A stretch of 64,000 nt of DNA from an uncultured Candidatus Saccharibacteria bacterium (GTDB lineage Bacteria > Patescibacteriota > Saccharimonadia > Saccharimonadales > Saccharimonadaceae): contig CAUPWE010000004.1 in NCBI GenBank assembly GCA_963515375.1, positions 1,080 through 65,079 of the forward strand, read 5' to 3'. The notes beneath the pieces are model-generated. The model was not told the DNA's origin. It ran no database searches and saw only the letters and a list, made by a program, of their open reading frames with translations. A program made the translations under genes and the position numbers. Below, piece after piece: positions 47,981 through 56,728 of this stretch. Position 1 is the first letter of the stretch, and each line of letters starts with the position of its first letter.

Positions 47981-48406
47981 GTGACTACAAAAAATATTAA
48001 AAATCAAGGTTTTACGCTCGTCGAGCTTTTGATTGTTATCGTTATCATCGCGATTTTGACAGTTGTTTCTTTGGTTGCATACAACGGTTTGCAAAACCAA
48101 GCGAAGACTTCGGCTGCTAAATCAACAGTTGACTCCGTTGCTAAGAAGGCTGAACTATACAACACTGAAGAAGGTAAGTATCCAGCTCAGGTTTCAGATT
48201 TGACTGGTGCAGACACAAAGAAGTCTTACTACATTGCTCCAGCCAATGTTGCTGAATTAGGTACTGGTACTTTTGGTTCAACCACTCCAACTACAACAGT
48301 TAAATACACTAAGTGTGGTACCGGTGACCCAACAGGCGCGAAGATTGAATACTACGACTACAGTAAGAATACTGTTGAGACTCGCGTAGTTGGTACTGGC
48401 TGTTAA
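47981..48406 (+). CDS. Probable major type IV pilin
   Basis: G|FTLVELLIVIVIIAIL, C-terminal Cys pair, own promoter, SD and terminator. Confidence 0.9.
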   Translation: MTTKNIKNQGFTLVELLIVIVIIAILTVVSLVAYNGLQNQAKTSAAKSTVDSVAKKAELYNTEEGKYPAQVSDLTGADTKKSYYIAPANVAELGTGTFGSTTPTTTVKYTKCGTGDPTGAKIEYYDYSKNTVETRVVGTGC

Positions 48407-48425
48407 TTAGCTCTATGCCAATAGA

Positions 48426-48453
48426 AAACTCCGGTCATAGTGCCGGAGTTTTA
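48426..48453. terminator. Bidirectional terminator between the pilin and glyA
   Basis: AAAACTCCGG-tcatagtg-CCGGAGTTTT. Confidence 0.85.
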
Positions 48454-48467
48454 TTGTGTTTTAGGAA

Positions 48468-49736
48468 TTAAATGGCGCCTAATGTTTGGCAGAAATATTT
48501 GACTTCTTGGCGGAGTTCGGTCAACTCTTCGTCGTTATTGCGATTATTGATTGCTTGCTTCATCCATTCAGCTATTTTTTCCATATCCGTATCTTTGGCG
48601 CCGCGTGTGGTAACGGCGGGAGTCCCCAGGCGAATACCGCTTGGTCGAAATCGTGGTAATTTATCATTAGGTATAGCATTGGCATTTAATGTCAGGCCAG
48701 TCTTATCCATAGCAATTTCCGCCTCCTTGCCGTCAATTCCAAAACTATCGTAAATATCTGCCAAAATAAGATGGTTGCTAGTACCTCCAGTCACCAGTTT
48801 AAAATCTCGTTTTTGCAGTTCTTCTGCTAGCTTTTCTGCATTCTTAACAATCTGCCGAGCATAATTCTTAAATTCTGGCTGTAATGCTTCGCCAAAGGCC
48901 ACTGCCTTGGCAGCGATGGTGTGCATGTGCGGGCCGCCTTGAGTGCCAGGGAAGACCGCCCGGTCAATCAGCGTCGGCAAGTTTTCCAAAGTCTTCTCTG
49001 GCTGTTTCAAAGGGTTGCCGACTATGCCCCTCGACAAAATCAAGCCGCCACGCGGGCCGCGCAAGGTTTTGTGCGTGGTAGTGGTGATAACGTGAAAGCC
49101 GTAGTCAAACGGATTTTTGGCTACGCCGCCGACGATTAGCCCAGCGATATGGCTCATGTCTGCCATTAGCATCGCACCGACTTCATTGCCAATCTCGGCA
49201 AACTTGGCGTAATCCAGTTCCCGCGGATAGGCCGAGAAGCCCGCCAAGATGATTTTTGGCCGATGTTCTAGCGCCAAACGGCGAATTTCTTCATAGTCAA
49301 TTTCGCCGGTTTCGACATTCTTGATGCTGTAGCGGACGAAGTTATATTCGCGGGCCGAACGAGTGACTGGAGCGCCGTGTGTCAGGTGTCCGCCGTGCGC
49401 CAAATCCATCGCCAGAATGGTATCGCCTGGCTCGCACCACGCATAATACACCGCCTCGTTGGCTTGGGCGCCGGAGTGCGGCTGGACATTGGCGTGATCA
49501 GCGCCGAATAGTTTTTTAGCGCGGTCAATCGCCAGCTGCTCAATTTGGTCGGTGTTTTCTTGTCCTCCGTAATAGCGTCGTCCGGGGTAACCCTCAGAAT
49601 ATTTGTTAGTAAAGACGCTGCCCAGCGCCTTCAGCACATCTGGTGAGACGTAATTTTCACTCGGAATTAGCTCCAGCCCATCAGTCTGTCGATTTTTTTC
49701 TGCTTTTATGAGTTGCTCAACTTGCTTATCTTTCAT
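48468..49736 (-). CDS. glyA: Serine hydroxymethyltransferase
   Basis: LELIPSEN, NKYSEGYPGRRYYGG and TTTHKTLRGPRGG. Confidence 0.98.
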   Translation of the reverse strand: MKDKQVEQLIKAEKNRQTDGLELIPSENYVSPDVLKALGSVFTNKYSEGYPGRRYYGGQENTDQIEQLAIDRAKKLFGADHANVQPHSGAQANEAVYYAWCEPGDTILAMDLAHGGHLTHGAPVTRSAREYNFVRYSIKNVETGEIDYEEIRRLALEHRPKIILAGFSAYPRELDYAKFAEIGNEVGAMLMADMSHIAGLIVGGVAKNPFDYGFHVITTTTHKTLRGPRGGLILSRGIVGNPLKQPEKTLENLPTLIDRAVFPGTQGGPHMHTIAAKAVAFGEALQPEFKNYARQIVKNAEKLAEELQKRDFKLVTGGTSNHLILADIYDSFGIDGKEAEIAMDKTGLTLNANAIPNDKLPRFRPSGIRLGTPAVTTRGAKDTDMEKIAEWMKQAINNRNNDEELTELRQEVKYFCQTLGAI

Positions 49737-49766
49737 AGATATACCTCCAATATTCTCATTATACCA

Positions 49767-49795
49767 TTGCCTAAATATATCATTAGTGATATAAT
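49767..49795 (+). promoter_or_regulatory. Promoter of HTH-murA with an overlapping palindromic operator
   Basis: TTGCCT-17-TATAAT; palindrome TATATCA-ttag-TGATATA at 49776-49793. Confidence 0.7.
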
Positions 49796-49801
49796 CCGGG
49801 C

Positions 49802-51325
49802 ATGATCAAAGATAAGTATCTCCAAAAAATTGGCAATTTAATTGCAGAAAATCGTCAAAAACAGGGCCTTACGCAGACACAGCTGGCCGAGGCGATTGGT
49901 ACGTCACAGAGCGCTATTAACCGGATTGAAAACGGGGGTCAGAATATTAGCATTGAAATGGTGGCGCGCATTAGCGAGGTGCTTAATAGTAACATTGTGA
50001 CGGTTAATCATTCAGGAAAAATGAATTTTAAAGTACATGGTGGTAAAAAACTGTCTGGTGAGATACGAGTTAAAACAAGTAAAAATGCCGCCGTGGCGCT
50101 ACTTTGCGCCAGCTTGCTAAATAAAGGAAAAACTACCTTCAGGAAAGTGGCAAGAATTGAGGAGGTTAATCGTATTATTGAGGTGTTAAATTCTATTGGC
50201 GTAAAAACTCGTTGGCTGGATGGTAACGATTTGGAGATTATGCCACCAGCCAGATTAAGGCTGGAGGATATGGATATTGAGGCTGCCAAGCGAACGCGTA
50301 CGGTGATTATGTTTCTTGGTCCGTTACTTTATCAGTACGATGATTTTAAATTGCCATTTGCAGGTGGCTGTAATCTCGGTAAGCGCACAGTAGAACCACA
50401 TTTGAGTGGTTTGAGGCATTTTGGCATGAATGTTACGGCAGAAACTGATTATTATCACGCAAAAACTAATACTGATTCTGGTAATCGGACAATTCTTCTA
50501 ACGGAGCGTGGCGACACAGTAACTGAAAATATTATTATGGCGGCGGCGCTTTCTCCAGATACGACGATTATTCGCAATGCCAGCCCTAACTACATGGTGC
50601 AAGATGTTTGCTTTTTCTTGAAAAAGCTGGGAGTGAAAATTGAGGGAATTGGCACAACCACGCTGAAGATCACAGGACGTAAACATATAAATAAAAACAT
50701 AGATTACTACCCAAGCGAAGATCCGATCGAGGCGATGAGTTTTATCGCTGCGGCAGTTGTGACCGATTCAGAGATCACTATTCGTCGGGCGCCAATTGAA
50801 TTTTTGGAGATTGAGCTAGCGACGCTGGCAGAAATGGGTCTGAAATTTGATTTGAGTGAAGAATATTTTGCTAATAATGGGCAGACGCGTTTGGTAGATA
50901 TTACACTCCATCATTCTGAGCTTAAAGCCGCTAAAGATAAGTTACACGCCCTGCCGTTCCCAGGGATAAATATGGACAACCTGCCATTTTTGGGGTTGAT
51001 TGCTACGGCTGCTAAAGGTCGGACATTAGTGCACGACTGGAGCTATGAAAATCGGGCAATTTATTTTACCGAGCTTAGTAAGTTAAATGCGCAAATTGAG
51101 CTGGTTGACCCGCACCGCGTTTATATCACTGGCCCCACCAGGTGGAAGCCGGCTGATGTCGTAGCGCCGCCCGCCTTAAGGCCGTCAGTGGTAGTTTTGT
51201 TAGCAATGCTGGCAGCACCGGGTACGTCAATCCTGCGTGACGTGTATTCGATTAACCGTGGCTACGAAGAATTGGCCGCCCGCTTAAATTCCTTGGGTGC
51301 TGAAGTTGAAGTGGTTATTGAATAG
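49802..51325 (+). CDS. murA: XRE-HTH fused UDP-N-acetylglucosamine 1-carboxyvinyltransferase
   Basis: LTQTQLAEAIGTSQSAINRIENG followed by SKNAAVA, GGCNLGKR and INRGYE. Confidence 0.92.
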   Translation: MIKDKYLQKIGNLIAENRQKQGLTQTQLAEAIGTSQSAINRIENGGQNISIEMVARISEVLNSNIVTVNHSGKMNFKVHGGKKLSGEIRVKTSKNAAVALLCASLLNKGKTTFRKVARIEEVNRIIEVLNSIGVKTRWLDGNDLEIMPPARLRLEDMDIEAAKRTRTVIMFLGPLLYQYDDFKLPFAGGCNLGKRTVEPHLSGLRHFGMNVTAETDYYHAKTNTDSGNRTILLTERGDTVTENIIMAAALSPDTTIIRNASPNYMVQDVCFFLKKLGVKIEGIGTTTLKITGRKHINKNIDYYPSEDPIEAMSFIAAAVVTDSEITIRRAPIEFLEIELATLAEMGLKFDLSEEYFANNGQTRLVDITLHHSELKAAKDKLHALPFPGINMDNLPFLGLIATAAKGRTLVHDWSYENRAIYFTELSKLNAQIELVDPHRVYITGPTRWKPADVVAPPALRPSVVVLLAMLAAPGTSILRDVYSINRGYEELAARLNSLGAEVEVVIE

Positions 51326-53120
51326 TAATTTGTTTAGTTTCTGGTAATTTTTTTGGCTGAGTTTGCGACTTTGGAAAGAGGAATTTTAAATAATCTTTTA
51401 TCATTCGAGCGCCAGAAATTATTGGCAAGTAGCTGCCTAATTGGTGACGAATGTGATGTTCTAATAATTGACCATCTTGTAATATAGTGGCGGCTTTATG
51501 CATATTAACGTATAGTGATGAAATTTCTGCCTCGTAGTTTTTCCCTGTCACTTCCAAGCAGGCAATTGGCTGTACATCTGCTACTCCGCCATCGCTTGTG
51601 GAGATCAGTAGTTTTAAATTGGCGATATCTTTCTCCCATGACGTACCGCAGGCTTCTAAACCAATAATAGGCACATTGATGGCAATATCCGAACCGACCG
51701 CTAAAGCCCGACCTAACTCTTCGTCATAATCTTGGATATAGTGAACTCGTTCGCGTAGAACAGGGTCATGATCAATTAATTTTAACACTTCCAGCAGTTT
51801 CTGGTACATTGTCGTGTCGCCCTGATGGACTTTTCCCGCTAAGATATAATGCGCGTTATGACTAATAAGGATTTGGCGTAGCGTGTCGGGATTTTCAAAA
51901 GGCATATAAGGGCGCTTGTAATTTGCAAATCGCCGCTTAAAATCAAACAATATTGCATCTTCTGGAATTTGTACAGGCTGATTATATTGATTTTTGCGCT
52001 TTGACAAGACTCGATTAAGTTCCAGGCGCCCATGCTTTTTCAAACGTTTTATGTCTGCACTAAGGAGTTTATTTACTTGTTCAGCGAATTTCTCTGTTGG
52101 TAAACCAAACTTGTCTATGATGTTGTATTCGCGATACGATTGTAAGATTTCTGGTAGCACCCATGTCTCTAAATCAATTCCATTGGTGATGGCGTGAAAC
52201 TTGACCTTGTCGTTGTTGCGGTCGCGGAAATTTGCCACTCGTGCGTGCAGTTTGCTGACGCCATTTTTGGCTTCAGTCAGCTCAATTGCTAGCAAGTTTG
52301 GTCGCAAGCGATCATTACGAAATTGTTCCATCAGCCAGCAGCGCACGGCGTTGCTTTTGAGATTTGGCAGCACTAATTTTTCAAATTGTGAGCGGTGAAA
52401 TTCTGGTTCAGCTGCTTGGAGCAGTGTGTGGTTGGTGTAGAGTGTGTGTTTGCGCACATAAACGATTGCTTCGTACAGATTCATACCGTTGGCACACAGC
52501 TCGTCCAATCGAGCCAACGCCGCAAAAATTGTTGCGGTTTCGTTGAGCTGGATGACGGCTGGCTTGATGCCGAGTAATTTCAAGGCTTTATAGCCGCCAA
52601 ACCCAAGCGCCACTTCTTGATACAGCCGGTGATCACCCGAGCCTTCACCTTCGTACAATTGTCCAAAGTTTGGCTCTGAGATGGTAACAAATTGAGTTGA
52701 GCCGAGTACCTTTTTGAAAATACTTAAACTAGCATCGGGAAAGCCGGCGGAGCTAACCGAAACCTCATCAATATAATGAAAGCCATACTCTTGGGGCGAG
52801 ACCTTCTCAACGTATTCAGTTTGTGCGAGGTCGGTAATTTTTTGGTGCAACTCGCTACGATAAAATGGCGTAACCACCACAAACGGTACCTCTAACTTTT
52901 CGGCCACCCGTCGAGTATCCGCCGCCAATACGCCGAGACCGCCGCCACCCTTTATGCCATTTGATTTGTCATAAATTTCCATTGTCCAGTAGATGTACGG
53001 CCTGGAGTCAGACAACTGATGAGTCAAACTACTACGTTCAATGACGTCATAAAATTCAGAGGCGTCTTCGATGTCGTGTGGTCGGTATTTTGGTTTTTCT
53101 GTGTAAAAATATGGATCCAT
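51315..53120 (-). CDS. glgP: Alpha-glucan (glycogen/starch) phosphorylase family
   Basis: GGLGVLAAD, ITNGIDL..W, RRFANYKR, AGKVH and EACGTS..K. Confidence 0.88.
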   Translation of the reverse strand: MDPYFYTEKPKYRPHDIEDASEFYDVIERSSLTHQLSDSRPYIYWTMEIYDKSNGIKGGGGLGVLAADTRRVAEKLEVPFVVVTPFYRSELHQKITDLAQTEYVEKVSPQEYGFHYIDEVSVSSAGFPDASLSIFKKVLGSTQFVTISEPNFGQLYEGEGSGDHRLYQEVALGFGGYKALKLLGIKPAVIQLNETATIFAALARLDELCANGMNLYEAIVYVRKHTLYTNHTLLQAAEPEFHRSQFEKLVLPNLKSNAVRCWLMEQFRNDRLRPNLLAIELTEAKNGVSKLHARVANFRDRNNDKVKFHAITNGIDLETWVLPEILQSYREYNIIDKFGLPTEKFAEQVNKLLSADIKRLKKHGRLELNRVLSKRKNQYNQPVQIPEDAILFDFKRRFANYKRPYMPFENPDTLRQILISHNAHYILAGKVHQGDTTMYQKLLEVLKLIDHDPVLRERVHYIQDYDEELGRALAVGSDIAINVPIIGLEACGTSWEKDIANLKLLISTSDGGVADVQPIACLEVTGKNYEAEISSLYVNMHKAATILQDGQLLEHHIRHQLGSYLPIISGARMIKDYLKFLFPKSQTQPKKLPETKQITIQ

Positions 53121-53153
53121 GATGCCCTTTATGGATGGGAATTATCTTAAAAT

Positions 53154-53228
53154 TGGTGCGGGTGCGGAGAATCGAACTCCGATCTCAAGTTTGGAAAACT
53201 TGCATACTAGCCGCTGTACTACACCCGC
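53154..53228 (-). tRNA. tRNA-Gly(UCC)
   Basis: Anticodon arm CAAGT-TTTCCAA-ACTTG; CCA end. Confidence 0.95.
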
Positions 53229-53271
53229 AAGCTTGCACTATTGTAGCAGAAAGATGCTATAATGTGAATAC

Positions 53272-53348
53272 GCCCTGATAGCTCAGCTGGATAGAGCAGA
53301 GGACTTCTAAGCCTAAGGTCGTAGGTTCGAATCCTACTCGGGGCGCCA
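53272..53348 (+). tRNA. tRNA-Arg(UCU)
   Basis: Cloverleaf with anticodon loop CTTCTAA and CCA end; anticodon stem imperfect. Confidence 0.88.
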
Positions 53349-53371
53349 TTTCATATAACAATAGGGGGTAT

Positions 53372-53782
53372 ATGGATGCAAATCGGAAACCGCAGATGAC
53401 GCGGGAAATGGTGATAAGATTATCTGGTTCCAGGAATGGGTCAGTTGATGGATTTAAATCGTATGGTGCAACAGGTAGAAGTCTAAGCGCAAATCGCCAA
53501 GCAGACTCAGACCGGCGGTATATTGAGAATTATCGGACTTCCATGGCGGCAAATAACTCTACGAATATACGACGATTTGGTGCGGAAATGGGAATAGTTG
53601 CTCCGGCGAATAATACTGCCGATGGACTGCTGCCTAAGAACAATCGACAAATAAACGTCGTAAAGCCTTCTCGTAATAAAAATCCTGCCACATCATGTAG
53701 TCCTCGTCAGCCATTCAACGCTTCCAGCTCACGACCAGTTTTTCGTGAGCCACCACCACGTCGTTATAATCCATTTGGGTAA
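53372..53782 (+). CDS. Hypothetical basic, low-complexity protein
   Basis: 136-aa ORF with AGGGGG SD; ends RRYNPFG. Confidence 0.65.
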   Translation: MDANRKPQMTREMVIRLSGSRNGSVDGFKSYGATGRSLSANRQADSDRRYIENYRTSMAANNSTNIRRFGAEMGIVAPANNTADGLLPKNNRQINVVKPSRNKNPATSCSPRQPFNASSSRPVFREPPPRRYNPFG

Positions 53783-53816
53783 AATAAAAATCCTCACGGA
53801 TAGTGAGGTTATTTTT

Positions 53817-53893
53817 TGGAGGGCCAGGAGGGGCTCGAACCCTCGACACCCTGCTTAAGAGGCAGGTGCTCTAACCAGCTGAGCTACTGGCCC
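53817..53893 (-). tRNA. tRNA-Lys(CUU)
   Basis: Anticodon arm CCTGC-CTCTTAA-GCAGG; CCA end. Confidence 0.96.
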
Positions 53894-53978
53894 ACAATCT
53901 AATTATACGACAATCGATAAAAATGTCTATACTTTTATTATATCACAATTTTCTAGAAAAGTAAATTGCGATAGGACT

Positions 53979-54057
53979 TGGGGCGAATGATGGGGTTCGA
54001 ACCCACGGCCTCCGGAGCCACAATCCAGCGCTCTAACCAAACTGAGCTACATCCGCC
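53979..54057 (-). tRNA. tRNA-His(GUG)
   Basis: Anticodon loop TTGTGGC, encoded G-1 and CCA end. Confidence 0.96.
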
Positions 54058-54132
54058 AAGATCCAAGCTCCTCGAATTATAACATACATCCTCTCTGTAC
54101 TCAAGGCGATAAAGTTGCTATACTTAAGGGCA

Positions 54133-54945
54133 ATGAAAGAACTAAACGGCTCAGAATTGGCTAGTTTTATTAAGGAGCGGCAGGCAAAACAAGTACGCGC
54201 CCTACGTCAGTCTTGGCGTATTCAGCCGTGTTTGGCAATTGTGACGGATGTTCAGAATCCAGTTATCGAGACATATATGCGCTTAAAACAGCGGTACGGT
54301 GCGGATATTTTAATTGATGTAGAGATTCATCGGGCTGCTGCCGGTCAGGCATTGGGGGTAATTGACGAGTTGAATCATCGGGAAGACATTCGGGGGATAA
54401 TTGTACAACTTCCAGTTAGCGATCTTGCACAAACCGAGGAGCTATTGGAGAGCGTTCAAAAAGAGAAGGATGTTGATGGTTTGTGTCAGAAATCGAACTT
54501 CCAAGCAGCAACGCCAACGGCGATAAGCTGGCTGCTGGCTGGATATGGTGTTGAGCTTAAAGGTAGAAAAGTAGCAATTGTTGGACGGGGACGTTTAGTG
54601 GGTGCTCCTCTGGAACGTATGTGGCTAAAATCTGGCGTTGATGTGACAGTTTTTGAGAAAGGCGATGACCTTATACAATTAACTAACTATGATGTCATAG
54701 TATCGGCGACAGGCGTACCAGGTTTAATTACTAGCCAGATGGTTAAACCAAAAGCAGTAGTTATTGATGCGGGTACAGCGTCGGAAGATGGAAAAATTGT
54801 CGGCGACGTAGCCAAGGAAGTGCGTCTACGTAGGGATGTTGTCATTACGCCAAAAAAGGGGGGCGTTGGTCCGCTGACGGTGTCGGCGTTATTTGATAAT
54901 GTAATTACGGCCTGTCTGAAAATTGCTAATCAGGTGAAAAATTAA
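54133..54945 (+). CDS. folD: Methylene-THF dehydrogenase/cyclohydrolase FolD
   Basis: GIIVQLP, EKDVDG, VGRGRLVG, VIDAG and TP..GGVGPLTV. Confidence 0.93.
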   Translation: MKELNGSELASFIKERQAKQVRALRQSWRIQPCLAIVTDVQNPVIETYMRLKQRYGADILIDVEIHRAAAGQALGVIDELNHREDIRGIIVQLPVSDLAQTEELLESVQKEKDVDGLCQKSNFQAATPTAISWLLAGYGVELKGRKVAIVGRGRLVGAPLERMWLKSGVDVTVFEKGDDLIQLTNYDVIVSATGVPGLITSQMVKPKAVVIDAGTASEDGKIVGDVAKEVRLRRDVVITPKKGGVGPLTVSALFDNVITACLKIANQVKN

Positions 54946-55313
54946 GAAGTTTTTATTGCAGATTTGACCTGTTCGACAACCTGCCGTGGCGTAAGATTTG
55001 CTTTAACAATATAGCTATGTACGCCAAGCTCCTTTATCTCGCGTGGCGCTTCTTCCTCGCCGAGGTTAGTTAAAACAATGACTGGAATAGTCTTTCCCCA
55101 ATCTTTAGATCTAATATGTCGCAGAGCTTCTGTCCCGTTCATCTCTGGCATTTGTAAATCTAGGAGAATGATATCTGGTTGGAATTTTTCAACAACTTCC
55201 ACGCCAATTTGACCATTAGCTGCTAGCCGCACCTCAAAACCGTCTGATTCAAATTTCATGCGGTACATTTGGCTGATGGTTGGATCGTCTTCAATGATGG
55301 CAATTTTTATCAT
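54942..55313 (-). CDS. Stand-alone response regulator receiver
   Basis: IIEDD, PDIILLDLQMPEMNG, VIVLTN and YIVK. Confidence 0.95.
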   Translation of the reverse strand: MIKIAIIEDDPTISQMYRMKFESDGFEVRLAANGQIGVEVVEKFQPDIILLDLQMPEMNGTEALRHIRSKDWGKTIPVIVLTNLGEEEAPREIKELGVHSYIVKANLTPRQVVEQVKSAIKTS

Positions 55314-55353
55314 GCTTTAAGTATAGCATACAAATTATGGTATAATTTTTGGC

Positions 55354-56706
55354 ATGGAAAAATTTGGGAATAATTGTGGCGGTCGCGAGCTTGTTGATGG
55401 GTTTGACGTCGAAGCTAATGAAAAATTAAATAGAGAAATTGCAGACCTCAGAGCTCAAGGATATAAGGTTCGGGTGGGTGAAAATAATGATCCTGCATAT
55501 GATAACCCAGAGAAGATTGAAAAAGTATATAGGTATCTGGAAAGAGGTGGAAGAGAATTAAGAGAAGTGCGAAATAGTTTTATTCGCAGTAATATGGGTA
55601 GGGCTGCAGTTGCTGATGTTGTGAGTAAAATTCCTTTTATAAGTAAATTGGCGGGTGGTTGGAACAAAGAACTTGATGACTTCTTGGAGCCTTACCGCGA
55701 TGAGTTGCTGTACGGTGAGAAAGAGACTAACTCTCGGCCGTGGCATAAGCAACGAGGTTCAGCTTCAACGTTCTTGTCAATTGGGCCGGCATTTTCTTTG
55801 GCGGTTATAGAGGGTGGCAAGTTGGCCTTTCCGGGAAGATATCCAACAATGAGCGGTCCAATAGATGAATCGTTATTTGACGAGAAGATTGACGGCATGC
55901 CGTTGAGAGATATGATGATTAAAGCCGAAGTGGCAAATCATGATAAAACTCAACAAGAAGCGGCGCGAGCGGTAGATGAGAGAATCAATAACGTCCGCGA
56001 GTTCATCAACGCGCCAGTGACACCAAAGTTTGCTGAGGTTATTAAATATTGTACGGATTCCCTGAGCATTCGTGAGCGGGGAGATTTGGTGAAAAAAATA
56101 ACCATTGGTCACATATTGGATATTGATATGCGAAATGATAATCGGTCAATTGACGATATGCTAGTCATGAGCTTTGGCTGCGGAACCGGATTGCCGACCC
56201 TAGAGATGCTAAAAGAGCTAAAAGAAGAAACTGGTCAGGCTCCAACGGCTATTTTAATCGATCAAGATCCGCTGGCTTTAGCGGCAGCGCAGAATCTAGC
56301 GAAGAAAATGGGACTGGAAAATAATGTGGAGATTCATTGCCATAGACTTTTTAGTAAGTTTGGACGCCCGTTGGGGCTGAAAAAAGTTTTAAAAGGTCGG
56401 CAAGTAGATGTCATGGAGGATTCTGGCTTGCGCGAATATCTTCCTGATATGGTGCATAAAAAATTAACGGAGGAATCTTGGGGATTCTTGCGAGATGGCG
56501 GTCTAATAATTACCGGCAATATGAATGAAAATCGTCCACAAAAAGATTTTCTCCATGGCTTAATGGGTTGGACACCAAGGGTGACTATGCGTAAGATTAA
56601 GCGGAGCTTTGAGCTACTTATAGAATCTGGCGTGCCAAGGGAAGCTATCTCTGCAGAAGTTGCACCGAGTGGTGTTTATACAATTTTTACCGCTGAAAAA
56701 CCATAG
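55354..56706 (+). CDS. Class I SAM-dependent methyltransferase with a long N-terminal extension
   Basis: MSFGCGTG, LIDQDPLAL, SGLREYL and LRDGGLIITGN. Confidence 0.8.
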   Translation: MEKFGNNCGGRELVDGFDVEANEKLNREIADLRAQGYKVRVGENNDPAYDNPEKIEKVYRYLERGGRELREVRNSFIRSNMGRAAVADVVSKIPFISKLAGGWNKELDDFLEPYRDELLYGEKETNSRPWHKQRGSASTFLSIGPAFSLAVIEGGKLAFPGRYPTMSGPIDESLFDEKIDGMPLRDMMIKAEVANHDKTQQEAARAVDERINNVREFINAPVTPKFAEVIKYCTDSLSIRERGDLVKKITIGHILDIDMRNDNRSIDDMLVMSFGCGTGLPTLEMLKELKEETGQAPTAILIDQDPLALAAAQNLAKKMGLENNVEIHCHRLFSKFGRPLGLKKVLKGRQVDVMEDSGLREYLPDMVHKKLTEESWGFLRDGGLIITGNMNENRPQKDFLHGLMGWTPRVTMRKIKRSFELLIESGVPREAISAEVAPSGVYTIFTAEKP

Positions 56707-56728
56707 ATGATGCTATAATAGCATTAGC

